From: an uncultured Chloroflexia bacterium
GTDB lineage: Bacteria; Chloroflexota; Anaerolineae; JAAYZQ01
DNA: 64,000 nucleotides
Reading direction: 5' to 3'
Assembly (NCBI GenBank): GCA_963700285.1
Contig: CAVOXA010000014.1
Span: 576,001-640,000 of the forward strand
The notes beneath the pieces were generated by a model, which ran no database searches, was not told the origin of the DNA, and saw only the letters and a program-made list of their open reading frames with translations. Below, in pieces: positions 9,813-19,510 of the stretch. Each line of letters starts with the position of its first letter. The stretch's first letter is position 1. A program made the position numbers and the translations under genes.

Positions 9813-10838
9813 ATGACAGCACAGGAATACTGGCAACGCGCGTTGCAGGGCGGCAAGTGGCTGGCCGAGCAACAGAACCCCGACGGGAGTTGGAAGGAGT
9901 TGAGCGATCCCATGGTGGACGCCTTTTACAAGGGCGGCTGGCCCCTGGTCCTGACAGGCCAGACCGCCGCCGCCCACCGCCTGCTCACCTACGCCCGCGA
10001 TCAGTTCATGACCGCCGAAGGTGATTTTGTGCCGCGGTATCACCCCTGGCACACCAACGTGCATTATCTCTACCCTAACGCCTACTTTATCGTGGGCAGC
10101 ATGATGGCCGGCCGCTACGAGGTGGCCATGCCAGCAATGGGGTTCATGCTGGGCCAGCAGGACCCAGAGCACGGCGGGTTCTACACGCGACGTATCGAGC
10201 CAGGCCAGAGGCAGATGTGCGACACAATGTCTACCGGCGCGGCAGGCATGGCCCTGCTGGCCGGAGGTCAGGTGAAGGCCGCTAGGCGCGCGGCTGATTT
10301 CTTTGCCCGTCTGATCGAGCTCCAGCCCGACCCGCAAACTCGATTCTACGCCACGGTCGAGGCCGACGGCAGTCTGGGTACCGAGATGCAGGATGATACG
10401 GAACCATGGTGGCGCATCGTCGACACCCAGATCGAGAACCAGTGCTGGTACGCCGTGGGCCTGCCCTTTGCCTTCCTGGTGCGGCTCGCCGAGGCGACCG
10501 GGGAAGCACGGCATCGCGAGCTGGTCCAGTGGTTCTTTGATTTCCAGGAGCGCTGCGTCGACCCCTGGGACGGCGGCTCGAGTGGCAAGGCCGGCTGGGG
10601 TTGTTCCATGCTCTACCGCATCACCGGCGAGGAAAAGTATAAGGAGATCGCCCTGCACGTGGCCGGCAACATTGCCAGCCAGCAGGACGACGACGGCAGT
10701 TGGATCCTGAGGGCGGGCGGCTACAGCGAAGGGGATGAACGAACGCTGGCCAACGCCGCCTTTGACGTAACATCCGAGTTTACCCTGTGGTTGGCCGTGA
10801 TCGCGGCCAACGTCATGGCCCGCGACGGGGTCAGGTAG
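9813..10838 (+). CDS. Alpha/alpha-barrel protein with QxxDGSW (prenyltransferase/squalene cyclase-like) repeats, function unknown
   Basis: WLAEQQNPDGSW, GQQDPEHGGF and SQQDDDGSW repeats; GGAG RBS. Confidence 0.7.
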   Translation: MTAQEYWQRALQGGKWLAEQQNPDGSWKELSDPMVDAFYKGGWPLVLTGQTAAAHRLLTYARDQFMTAEGDFVPRYHPWHTNVHYLYPNAYFIVGSMMAGRYEVAMPAMGFMLGQQDPEHGGFYTRRIEPGQRQMCDTMSTGAAGMALLAGGQVKAARRAADFFARLIELQPDPQTRFYATVEADGSLGTEMQDDTEPWWRIVDTQIENQCWYAVGLPFAFLVRLAEATGEARHRELVQWFFDFQERCVDPWDGGSSGKAGWGCSMLYRITGEEKYKEIALHVAGNIASQQDDDGSWILRAGGYSEGDERTLANAAFDVTSEFTLWLAVIAANVMARDGVR

Positions 10839-10996
10839 GGGCTACGCTCGAATCTGTCATTGCGAGCGAAGCGAAGGTAGGGGCTACGCTCGAATCTGTC
10901 ATTGCGAGCGCAGCGAAGCAATCCCCACATAATCAAGAGAAACCTGCTTTTTTGCACAGAAAGGGATTGCTTCGTCGTTTCACTCCTCGCAATGAC
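10833..10996. repeat. 42-bp tandem duplication running into a REP/RPE-like inverted-repeat element
   Basis: 10833-10874 matches 10875-10916 with 1 mismatch; GTCATTGCGAG..CGAAGCAATCCC pairs with GGGATTGCTTCG..CTCGCAATGAC. Confidence 0.85.
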
Positions 10997-11200
10997 TGGG
11001 CAGCACAACATGCTGCGCAATGCATCATCGTCTTGGGATGCTGGTGAGGCATCGTGCTCCACTGGTGTCCTGGCACATGAAGAGAGGGGGTGATAGTGAG
11101 CCGAAAAGGTGGGTGGTGACGCCATGACCACCCGCGGTCTCGCAAGCCATGGCAACATGGATCAAGTCCTATCCAACAAACTGCTTAAGGAGGAGTCAAG

Positions 11201-12712
11201 ATGTCGCGGAAAATGTTGCTGAGCATCCTGAGTTTGATGGTCGTCCTGGCCATGCTGGCCGGCTGTGGAGCTGCGCCAGAGCCGGAGACCATCATCCAGA
11301 CCGTTGAGGTCGAGAAAGAGGTTGTCAAGGAAGTTGAAAAGGTCGTCACCCAAGTGGTCGAGGTCGAAAAAGAGGTTGTCAAGGAAGTTGAAAAGGTCGT
11401 CACCCAGGTGGTCGAGGTCGAGAAAGAGGTGATGGTCGAGGTCACCCCGGCGCCAGAGTTTATGGAGGACGTCACCCTGGTCTACTGGAGCGATCCCCGC
11501 TTCACCCTGGTCAAGGGCAAAGAGGACCAGACCCAGGTGATTGGTGACTATGAGATGCTCCTGGCCGAGCAGTTTATGGAGATGTACCCCAACGTCACCA
11601 TCGAGGTCGAGGCCCTGCAGTGGGCTGACCTGTCCACCAAAGTGACGGCTGCCATCGCCGCCGGCGCCCCGCCAGACGTCCTCAAGGACTACCTGGGCCG
11701 TACCTCCGGCTATGCCTGGCAGGATCTTCTGGAGCCGATGGAGGAACTGGTCCCGGCTGCAGAGCTGGAGGACTATTTGCCCGACTTGATCGACCAGTAC
11801 ACCATCAACGGCCACTTGCACGGGCTGCCGATCTTTTACTGGATCACGGCCATGTCCGGCAACAAGGCCATCTGGGATGCGGCCGGCGCCACCGACCTGC
11901 TGCCGCTGGACGACGGCGAGTGGACCTTTGAGGAGTTCGAGGCCGCCCTCAAAGCCGTGCAGAAGGAGGACGAGCTCTGGCCGTTGGGCCTGCAGGTTGC
12001 CTCCGAACAGGGCGACTATATGTACCTGGCCTATCCATGGGGCATGGGCGCCACCCTCTACCCGCCGGGCGACTATACCGTCTCGGCGCTCAACAGCCCA
12101 GAGGGCGTAGCTGGTGTGCAAAAGATCGTAGACTGGGTGGAGGCGGGCCTCATCGAGCCGGGCGCGACCACCATCATCGGCGACGATCTGAACAACATGT
12201 TCTACGCCGGCCAGACGGCCATCATGGGCAACAGTCTGGCGGCCAAGACATCGCTGGATATCGCCAAGCAAGAGGGACGCGTACCGGCAGAAGTTGACCT
12301 CTTCTTCACCATGTTCCCCCACGCCGAGGGCGTCAAGACCGGAGCCATGGCTGCCGGCCCCACCGGTGTCGTCGTCTTTAAGCAGGAGGATCCGGCCAAG
12401 CGCTACTGGGCCGCCCAGTTTGCCCGGTTCCTGGCCAGCCCCGACCTTCAGCGCGAGTACGCCGTCAACGCCAACCAGTTCCCCTCCCGCAAGTCGGTCG
12501 GCGTACCGCTGGCCGGCGACCCCGACTATGAGAAGCTGCTGGCCTGGGTGCAGGAATACGGCCTCAGCGACATGGGCCTGGCATCGCCCAACTACTATGA
12601 GATGCGGGTGCAGCTCTTCCCGCAGCTCCAGGCCGCCATGCTGGGTGAAAAGACCGCGGAAGAGGCCCTGGCTGACTATGAAGCGGCCGCCAACGAAGTC
12701 CTGAGCCGCTAG
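11201..12712 (+). CDS. Carbohydrate ABC transporter substrate-binding lipoprotein
   Basis: Lipobox MLAGC, tandem VEVEKEVVKEVEKVVTQV repeats (about 11300-11440), SBP_bac_1-like body; AAGGAGG RBS. Confidence 0.9.
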   Translation: MSRKMLLSILSLMVVLAMLAGCGAAPEPETIIQTVEVEKEVVKEVEKVVTQVVEVEKEVVKEVEKVVTQVVEVEKEVMVEVTPAPEFMEDVTLVYWSDPRFTLVKGKEDQTQVIGDYEMLLAEQFMEMYPNVTIEVEALQWADLSTKVTAAIAAGAPPDVLKDYLGRTSGYAWQDLLEPMEELVPAAELEDYLPDLIDQYTINGHLHGLPIFYWITAMSGNKAIWDAAGATDLLPLDDGEWTFEEFEAALKAVQKEDELWPLGLQVASEQGDYMYLAYPWGMGATLYPPGDYTVSALNSPEGVAGVQKIVDWVEAGLIEPGATTIIGDDLNNMFYAGQTAIMGNSLAAKTSLDIAKQEGRVPAEVDLFFTMFPHAEGVKTGAMAAGPTGVVVFKQEDPAKRYWAAQFARFLASPDLQREYAVNANQFPSRKSVGVPLAGDPDYEKLLAWVQEYGLSDMGLASPNYYEMRVQLFPQLQAAMLGEKTAEEALADYEAAANEVLSR

Positions 12713-12737
12713 TCCGCGCATCGATGCAAGTGTGCTT

Positions 12738-12771
12738 GCATGCTCCCGGCGGCCGTTCGCCGGGAGCATGC
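12738..12771. promoter_or_regulatory. Strong intercistronic hairpin (mRNA stabiliser or attenuator) after the SBP gene
   Basis: Perfect 14-bp stem GCATGCTCCCGGCG/CGCCGGGAGCATGC; a second hairpin at about 12778-12813. Confidence 0.7.
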
Positions 12772-12928
12772 CTAACCCCTGGCGGGGGAGGGTTCTGTGC
12801 ACCCTCCCGCAGGCCAAGGCGGTTCTTTCACCTACAAAATACACCCTTCCGCAAGACAGGATAGCAAGAAAGAGATCGATTTCCGGAATTGCGGGAGGGT
12901 AGTTGAAGAGACTTGCGGGGAAGTGTCT

Positions 12929-13813
12929 ATGGAAAAAAGCTTGGTCCGACGGATCATTGACGCGCGCTGGGCCTATCTGTTCATCCTACCAGCCTATATC
13001 CCATTCATCATCTTTATTGTATACCCCTTGATCAACGGGGTACGTCTGAGCTTCTACGATGCCAGCCTGAAGGGCCAGGAGTTCATCGGCCTGGAGAACT
13101 TTCGGCGATTGCTGCAGGACGAAGCCTTCCTGCGGGGACTTGTGAACACCATCTTTTTCGTCCTCGTGGTGGTGCCCCTGGCGCTCTTTCTCGCCCTCTT
13201 TGTCGCCATCATGGTGTTCCCGCTGCGCAAACACGTCCAGTCCTTCTTTCGCCTGGCCTTCTATCTGCCTGTGGTGGCCAGCGGTGTGATCCTATCCATG
13301 GTCTGGCTGTGGATCTATAGCCCCACCTTTGGCCTGTTCAATTACATCCTGATGTCCATCGGCCTGCCTCGCGTCACCTGGCTGGGAGGCACCACCACCG
13401 CCCTGCCCTCCCTGGCGCTGGTGGTCCTGACCTGGATCTTGGGAGTGCCGATCATCCTCTACCTGGCCGCCCTGGGCAACATCCCTACCGAACTATTGGA
13501 GGCGGCCCTCATCGACGGCGCCAACGCCTGGAAGCAGTTCTGGAAGGTGACCTTTCCGCTGCTGCTGCCGACGACGCTCTTTGTGCTGGTGACCCAGACC
13601 ATCGGCGTGTTCCAGGTCTTTGTCGTCGTCCTGTTGATGACCCGCGGCGGGCCAGCCTACTCGACGATGACCATCGTCTATGACATCTGGCAGACTGCCT
13701 TTGACTTTTACCACTTTGGCTATGCCTCGGCCATGGGCGTGGTCCTCCTGCTCATCGTCGGCACCATCGCCGTGATCCAATACCGCTTCCTGGGCCGCGA
13801 AGTGGAATATTAG
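12929..13813 (+). CDS. Carbohydrate ABC transporter permease (MalF/UgpA-like)
   Basis: EAA motif ELLEAALIDGANAW; six TM helices. Confidence 0.92.
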   Translation: MEKSLVRRIIDARWAYLFILPAYIPFIIFIVYPLINGVRLSFYDASLKGQEFIGLENFRRLLQDEAFLRGLVNTIFFVLVVVPLALFLALFVAIMVFPLRKHVQSFFRLAFYLPVVASGVILSMVWLWIYSPTFGLFNYILMSIGLPRVTWLGGTTTALPSLALVVLTWILGVPIILYLAALGNIPTELLEAALIDGANAWKQFWKVTFPLLLPTTLFVLVTQTIGVFQVFVVVLLMTRGGPAYSTMTIVYDIWQTAFDFYHFGYASAMGVVLLLIVGTIAVIQYRFLGREVEY

Positions 13814-13827
13814 CCTGGAGGAGAACC

Positions 13828-14724
13828 TTGAGTCAATCAGTCCGAGTATCCCGTCGTACCACGGGGCAGCGCAAAAAGCAGCTGAGCCTGAGGCCCCGCC
13901 TATCGCGAGGCATGTACTGGTTTGGCGTCCTGGTCGTGTTCGTTTTAGCCTTGGCCTCCCTGATGCCGCTCTATTGGATGGTGACCGGCTCTTTTAAGCT
14001 CCAGAGCAACGCCATGGCCATTCCACCCGAGTGGTTCCCGAAGGAGCCGACGCTGGAGAACTATCGCAAGCTGCTCTTCGCCAGTACCCCCACCTTCCGC
14101 TGGCTACTGAACAGCATCATCGTCGCTGGCGGCGTCGCGTTTCTTGCCGTGGCAACCAGTCTCCTGGCAGGCTACGCCTTTGGCAAGAAAAAGTTTCCCG
14201 GCAGGACCGTACTCTTTTGGTTGCTCATCATCACCATGATGATGCCCAAACAGATCTCGCTTATCCCGCTCTACATTCTGATGCAGAGGCTGGGCTGGTT
14301 CAACAGTTACCAGGGCATGATCGCCCCCTACCTGGCCTATCCCTTTGGCATCTTTCTCATCAGGCAGTTCATGCAGGGCATCCCCAACGACCTGATCGAC
14401 GCCGCGCGCATCGACGGCGCCTCGGAGCTGGGCATCTTTTGGTACGTGATCGTGCCCCTAGCCAAACCGGCCATCGGCGCCCTGGCCATCTTTGCCTTCA
14501 TGGCCGCCTGGAACGACTATATCTGGCAGCTTCTGATGATCACCAAGCGCCAGATGCTGACCCTGCCCGTGGGCGTGTCCAAGCTGACCTCCGCCCTGGG
14601 CCAGTACGACCTGGGCCTGGCCATGGCCGGCGCGACCTTTGCCTTTGTGCCCATGGTATTCATCTTTTTGATCTTTCAGGATTTCTTTGTCAAGGGCATC
14701 ACCGTCGGCGCGGTCAAGGGCTAG
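13828..14724 (+). CDS. Carbohydrate ABC transporter permease (MalG-like)
   Basis: DLIDAARIDGASE, WNDYIW and FVKGITVGAVKG motifs. Confidence 0.92.
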   Translation: MSQSVRVSRRTTGQRKKQLSLRPRLSRGMYWFGVLVVFVLALASLMPLYWMVTGSFKLQSNAMAIPPEWFPKEPTLENYRKLLFASTPTFRWLLNSIIVAGGVAFLAVATSLLAGYAFGKKKFPGRTVLFWLLIITMMMPKQISLIPLYILMQRLGWFNSYQGMIAPYLAYPFGIFLIRQFMQGIPNDLIDAARIDGASELGIFWYVIVPLAKPAIGALAIFAFMAAWNDYIWQLLMITKRQMLTLPVGVSKLTSALGQYDLGLAMAGATFAFVPMVFIFLIFQDFFVKGITVGAVKG

Positions 14725-14880
14725 GGAATCTGGCATGCCGCTGAGCATCTGCCTGCCCACAATGGGCGGACGTATTCCCATGCGCGGTCTACAACCAAGC
14801 CCAAACGACGGTAGTCAGGCAGCCTTGCCGAACAAGCATGTTTCTTTCAAGGCTACTGGGGCTGGCACCACAGACCAACC

Positions 14881-16209
14881 ATGAACGTCATCTGGTTTGT
14901 CCTTGACACCCTCCGCGCCGATCATCTGGGCTGCTACGGCTACTGCCGCCCGACCAGCCCCAACATCGACCGGCTGGCGGCAGAGGGAGTGCTGTTCGAG
15001 GATTCCTATGCCTCGGCCATCGCCACCGGTCCTGGCTTTACCAGCCTGTTCACCGGCCTGGCGGCCATCAACCACGGCTTCTACCTCACACCCTGGGATG
15101 TAGCCAATGCCCCGCTCCTGGATGATCGGATCCTCACCCTGCCCGAACTGATCCAGGCCTGCGGCAACTATACCACCGCCGCCTTTGACAACCTGATGAA
15201 CTTCCGGTCGCACATGAAACAGTTCGCGCGCGGCTTTGAGTATTACGTCAACGTCACCCGCTCGCCAGGCTGGTTGCACCACCATGTCATCGGCGAGGAG
15301 GTCAACCGCCGCCTGCTGCCCTGGCTGGAGGCACACGCGGAAGAACCGTTCTTTCTCTTTGTCCACTATTGGGACCCGCACATCCCCTACAACATGCCCG
15401 AGGGGTTTCGGGGCAGGTTTGACCAGCGGACCAGCGACCTGGAGGTACGGACGGCGCCCGATGGCTACGACTATATCCCGGGTTGGGGGCTAGCCGATCG
15501 CTTGCCCCGGCGTACTGAAGAACTGAACGTCGACATGTACGACGACGAGGTATTCTACGTCGACCACTGCGTCGGGCTCGTCAGGAAGAAGCTGGAAGCC
15601 CTCGGTCTATTGGATGACACAGCCATCATCCTCACCAGCGATCACGGCGAAGACCTGGATCTGCACGGCATCTGGGGCCATGCCACAGTCCACGAGACGA
15701 CAATTGCCGTGCCGCTAATCGTACGCGATCCAAGGAACCTGCCCGCGGGCGCTCGGGTCAAGGGCTTTGTACAGCACGCCGACCACGCGCCGACAGTCCT
15801 CGAGTACTTTCCCGAGCAAAGCCGGCCTGAATTCGACCGGGCAAAAGTAGCTGGCCACATGCCCGACATGCCCTCCAGCTTCGACGGGGGCAGCCTGCGA
15901 CAGCTGGCCCTTGGCCAGCGCCAGGCTCCCGAGGAGATCATTGTAGAGTCCGGCGAACACCGGGCCTGCATCGCGCCGCCCTGGAAGCTGATCTGGTACA
16001 GGGACGGGCGCCGGAGCGAACTCTTTCACCTACAGAACGATCCCCTGGAGCTGAATGATCGGGCGATGGAGGAACAAACGCTTGTAGTAGAACTTGAAGC
16101 GAAACTGCGCCTTTGGCTTGAACACCATCTGGCGGGCCAACGCACCGATCCTATTCTGACCAGCGACGGGGCGTGGACCTGCTACATCGGCAGGAGAGGA
16201 GACAGCTAG
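14881..16209 (+). CDS. Sulfatase-like alkaline phosphatase superfamily hydrolase with non-canonical T-G-P-G-F active-site motif
   Basis: DTLRADHLGCYGY, HYWDPHIPY and TSDHGE motifs; ATGPGFTSLFTG in place of CxPxR. Confidence 0.85.
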   Translation: MNVIWFVLDTLRADHLGCYGYCRPTSPNIDRLAAEGVLFEDSYASAIATGPGFTSLFTGLAAINHGFYLTPWDVANAPLLDDRILTLPELIQACGNYTTAAFDNLMNFRSHMKQFARGFEYYVNVTRSPGWLHHHVIGEEVNRRLLPWLEAHAEEPFFLFVHYWDPHIPYNMPEGFRGRFDQRTSDLEVRTAPDGYDYIPGWGLADRLPRRTEELNVDMYDDEVFYVDHCVGLVRKKLEALGLLDDTAIILTSDHGEDLDLHGIWGHATVHETTIAVPLIVRDPRNLPAGARVKGFVQHADHAPTVLEYFPEQSRPEFDRAKVAGHMPDMPSSFDGGSLRQLALGQRQAPEEIIVESGEHRACIAPPWKLIWYRDGRRSELFHLQNDPLELNDRAMEEQTLVVELEAKLRLWLEHHLAGQRTDPILTSDGAWTCYIGRRGDS

Positions 16210-16212
16210 GCA

Positions 16213-17328
16213 ATGCCATTATCTCACACTGAAATCGCACCGTTGCCGCCGGACTTGAAGCTGGACTGGGATCAGGTACGCATCACTCTATTGCGGCAAG
16301 GCGAGCCCGACCGAGTTCCGTTCCTGGAGGCGGGGCTCAGCCGCGTCCACAAGGCACGGGTACTGGGACGGCCGATAGAGACGCTAGCCGACGACCTGGA
16401 GGTCGCCAAACGGCTGGGCCAGCCTTTTTTGGTCGCCAACTTGGGGCTGCACACCTCCGACGCGGTGCTGGACGCCATGGAAGCCACCCACGTCGACATC
16501 GAGGACGGCCGCGACGGGGACGTCGGCTGGGTCAAGGGCTCGGAGCGTCGTTGGGCGCACGGTACCGCCGGTGTGATCCGGTCCGAGGCTGACTTTGAAG
16601 CGTTCCCGTGGCCCGATCCGGACAAGCTGGACCTGAGCGTCCTCGACGAAATGCAGGTACTCTTGCCTGAGGGCATGAAGGCCTACGTGGCCGTGGGCAA
16701 GATCTTTAACCTGGGCTGGTGGCTCATGGGCTTTGAGGACTATGCCTACGCCCTGGCCGACCAGCCGGGCCTCATCGAGCGTGTGCATGCCAAGATCGCT
16801 GACTACCAGACACGGGCGGTGGAGCGAGCGCTGGAATATCCCTGCGTGGGCCTGGTTTGGCACGCCGACGACATGGCCTACCGCACTGGCTTGATGGTCT
16901 CGCCGAAGGTGCTGCGCCAGCAGATCTTTCCTGCCTACCGGCGCATCAACGACCTGTGCCGCCAGCGGGACGTGCTTCGAGTATTCCACAGCGACGGCGA
17001 CGTGGGCCAGCTCATGGGCGACATCATTGACGCCGGCTTCAATGCCTTCAATCCCATCGAGCCGGTGGCCATGGACATCCGTGCCCTCAAGGAAGAGGTC
17101 GGGGATCGACTGAGCCTCATCGGCAACGTGGATCTGTCCTACACGCTCACGCGGGGCACACCGGAAGAGGTCAGGACCGAGGTGCGCGAACTAATGCGTG
17201 ACGTCGCTCCCGGTGGCGGCTACGCCCTTGCCTCAGCCAATTCCGTGCCCGAGTACGTGCCCTGGGAGAATTTTGTGGCGATGCATGCCGCCTGGGTCGA
17301 ATATAGCCGCTACCCAATCAACGTGTAA
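16213..17328 (+). CDS. UroD/MtaA-like protein
   Basis: GEPDRVP, ADDMA, FHSDG and GGGYALASANSV motifs. Confidence 0.85.
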   Translation: MPLSHTEIAPLPPDLKLDWDQVRITLLRQGEPDRVPFLEAGLSRVHKARVLGRPIETLADDLEVAKRLGQPFLVANLGLHTSDAVLDAMEATHVDIEDGRDGDVGWVKGSERRWAHGTAGVIRSEADFEAFPWPDPDKLDLSVLDEMQVLLPEGMKAYVAVGKIFNLGWWLMGFEDYAYALADQPGLIERVHAKIADYQTRAVERALEYPCVGLVWHADDMAYRTGLMVSPKVLRQQIFPAYRRINDLCRQRDVLRVFHSDGDVGQLMGDIIDAGFNAFNPIEPVAMDIRALKEEVGDRLSLIGNVDLSYTLTRGTPEEVRTEVRELMRDVAPGGGYALASANSVPEYVPWENFVAMHAAWVEYSRYPINV

Positions 17329-17440
17329 CGCCACGGCTCAAGCCGTTTCTGTGATCTCGAGGTCCTGCTGGAAAAGAGCGCCGGTCACGGATCGTTTCAG
17401 AGCAGAAGAGAGCAACAGAAGGTAACCTGAAGGGCGAACT

Positions 17441-17523
17441 GTTCGTAGTCGGTGCTTCAGCGCCATAGTGGGAGGCAGCATCAGTTGAGGTTAGAAAAGC
17501 GCGCTGAAGCGCGGACTACAAAC
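17441..17523. repeat. GTAG-type REP inverted-repeat pair
   Basis: GTTCGTAGTCGGTGCTTCAGCGC ... GCGCTGAAGCGCGGACTACAAAC (20/23 complementary); related pair at 29464-29536. Confidence 0.75.
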
Positions 17524-17556
17524 CAGAGCGCTGCTCCGGGAAAAAAGTGAAGAGAC

Positions 17557-19431
17557 ATGATCCAGGAGACAAACATCGAAACCGATCTGTGCGTAGTGGG
17601 CGGAGGCATTGCCGGCGTCTGCACGGCCCTGGCCGCAGCGCGCAATGGAGCACGGGTGGTGCTCCTTCAGGATCGTTCGGTGCTGGGCGGCAACGCTTCC
17701 TCCGAGGTGCGCATGCACATGGTCGGCGCCTCCTGCTCGGGCCAGCGCCCAGGCGCTCGCGAATCGGGCATCATTGATGAGCTGCGGGTCGAAGACGCCG
17801 TACGCAACCCACACCGCAGCCCGCACCTCTTCGATCTGCTGCTCTATGACAAAGTAGTCTCTGAGCCCAACATCACCCTGCTACTGGACACTGCCTGCAT
17901 AGGCTGCTCAGCCGCCAGTACACCTCAAGGGGATAGGGCGAAGCGCATCACCCAGGTCCACGCCCTTCGGAACAGTACAGAAGAGACCTTTGTCGTCAAA
18001 GCGCCCCTGTTCGCCGACTGTTCGGGCGATGGGAGGCTGGGGCTGGAGGCAGGCGCTAAGTGGCGGATGGGCCGTGAAGGCCGCGACGAGTTCGGCGAAT
18101 CTCTGGCACCAGAGCAGGCCGATGCCTGTACCCTGGGTAGCTCGATCCTGTTCATGGCCCGCGAATACGACCGTCCCATGCCCTTCCAGGCGCCCAATTG
18201 GGTCCGCCATTTTTCCGAGGAGGAACTCCGCCTGCGCAGCCATACCGAACTGGATTTTGGCTACTGGTGGATAGAGTGGGGCGGCCACCTGGACACGATC
18301 CGGGACAATCCCGCCATCCGCCACGAGCTGCTACGCATCGCCCTGGGCATGTGGGACCACGTCAAGAACCACTGTTCTCACGAGGAAGGCGTCCCCCGCG
18401 AGACCTACGACAACGCGGCCAAGGGCACGAGCTTTGCCGCTCAGGACCCAACCAACTGGGCTCTAGAATGGGTCGGCTTTCTGCCCGGGAAACGGGAGTC
18501 GCGGAGATTGTTGGGGACCCATGTCCTGACCCAGCAGGACATCCAGGCCGGCCGGGTCTTTGACGATCAGGTAGCCTATGGCGGCTGGTGGCTCGACATC
18601 CACCCGCCGCTAGGCGTTGATGCCATAGAGGAGTATCCCTGCATCCACCACCCAGTGGAGCACCTATATTCCATCCCACTGCGAGCGCTCTTTTCCAGAA
18701 ACGTCGAGAATCTGTTCCTCGCCGGGCGCAACATCAGCGCCACCCACGTCGCCTTCTCGTCGACGCGGGTCATGGCCACCTGCGCCCTCGCCGGCCAAGC
18801 GGCCGGCACGGCCGCCGCCATCGCGCTGCGCCGGGGTGCGAGCCGGGCAGCGGATCTCGTGGACCCGCCCCTGATCGAGGAGATCCAGCAGACGCTCCTG
18901 AAGGACGGCGCCTACCTGATTGGATTGGAGAATGCCGACCCCAGGGACAAGGCCCGTTCAGCCCGGGTGCTGGCATCGGACGAAATAGAAGACGGAACGG
19001 CCGCACAGGTAATCAACGGCGTGGTGCGGGCCACCAGCCCGGGGCTGCACCCTGACCTGGCCCAGGCCACGAACCGCTGGACTTCACGGACGATGCCAGC
19101 CTGGATCGAACTGCGCTGGGAGACACCGCAGGCGATCTCGGAGATCCACCTGACCTTTGACACCGGCTTTCAGCGCGAACTAACACTCACCATGAGCGAT
19201 AGATTCAGCGCCAAGATGGTACGCGGCCCGCAGCCCGAGACGGTCAGGGACTACCGTCTGGAGTTCGACGGCCGGCAAGGCGAAGGCAATAGCCTTCCCA
19301 TTCGCGACAACTATCAGGGGCGGCGGGTACACAGAATGCCCATGCCGGTCGTCACGTCCTCGCTCCGCTTGGTTGTCGAGACGACCCATGGAGCGCCGGA
19401 AGCCCGCGTCTTTGAGATCCGGGCTTACTGA
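17557..19431 (+). CDS. FAD-dependent oxidoreductase (FAD_oxidored family) with C-terminal discoidin-like domain
   Basis: VVGGGIAG, LGGNASSE, KRESRRL and SSTRVMAT motifs; C-terminal ARVFEIRAY. Confidence 0.85.
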   Translation: MIQETNIETDLCVVGGGIAGVCTALAAARNGARVVLLQDRSVLGGNASSEVRMHMVGASCSGQRPGARESGIIDELRVEDAVRNPHRSPHLFDLLLYDKVVSEPNITLLLDTACIGCSAASTPQGDRAKRITQVHALRNSTEETFVVKAPLFADCSGDGRLGLEAGAKWRMGREGRDEFGESLAPEQADACTLGSSILFMAREYDRPMPFQAPNWVRHFSEEELRLRSHTELDFGYWWIEWGGHLDTIRDNPAIRHELLRIALGMWDHVKNHCSHEEGVPRETYDNAAKGTSFAAQDPTNWALEWVGFLPGKRESRRLLGTHVLTQQDIQAGRVFDDQVAYGGWWLDIHPPLGVDAIEEYPCIHHPVEHLYSIPLRALFSRNVENLFLAGRNISATHVAFSSTRVMATCALAGQAAGTAAAIALRRGASRAADLVDPPLIEEIQQTLLKDGAYLIGLENADPRDKARSARVLASDEIEDGTAAQVINGVVRATSPGLHPDLAQATNRWTSRTMPAWIELRWETPQAISEIHLTFDTGFQRELTLTMSDRFSAKMVRGPQPETVRDYRLEFDGRQGEGNSLPIRDNYQGRRVHRMPMPVVTSSLRLVVETTHGAPEARVFEIRAY

Positions 19432-19510
19432 GATGGCGCCAGGAATGGCAGCCCTTCCGAGGACTACCATTCCTGGGCTGAATACCAACTGGGCCTAGCC
19501 CAAGGAGGAA

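Noticed and set aside
10833-10996. CRISPR array
   Set aside because: Only two adjacent copies with no spacers and no cas genes
11300-11440. DNA tandem repeat as a mobile or contingency locus
   Set aside because: In-frame VEVEK-type linker repeat of a lipoprotein with synonymous differences
11162-12844. Long antisense ORFs (also 28062..29339, 29403..30635, 43281..44693)
   Set aside because: Shadows of GC-rich sense genes with no recognisable motifs
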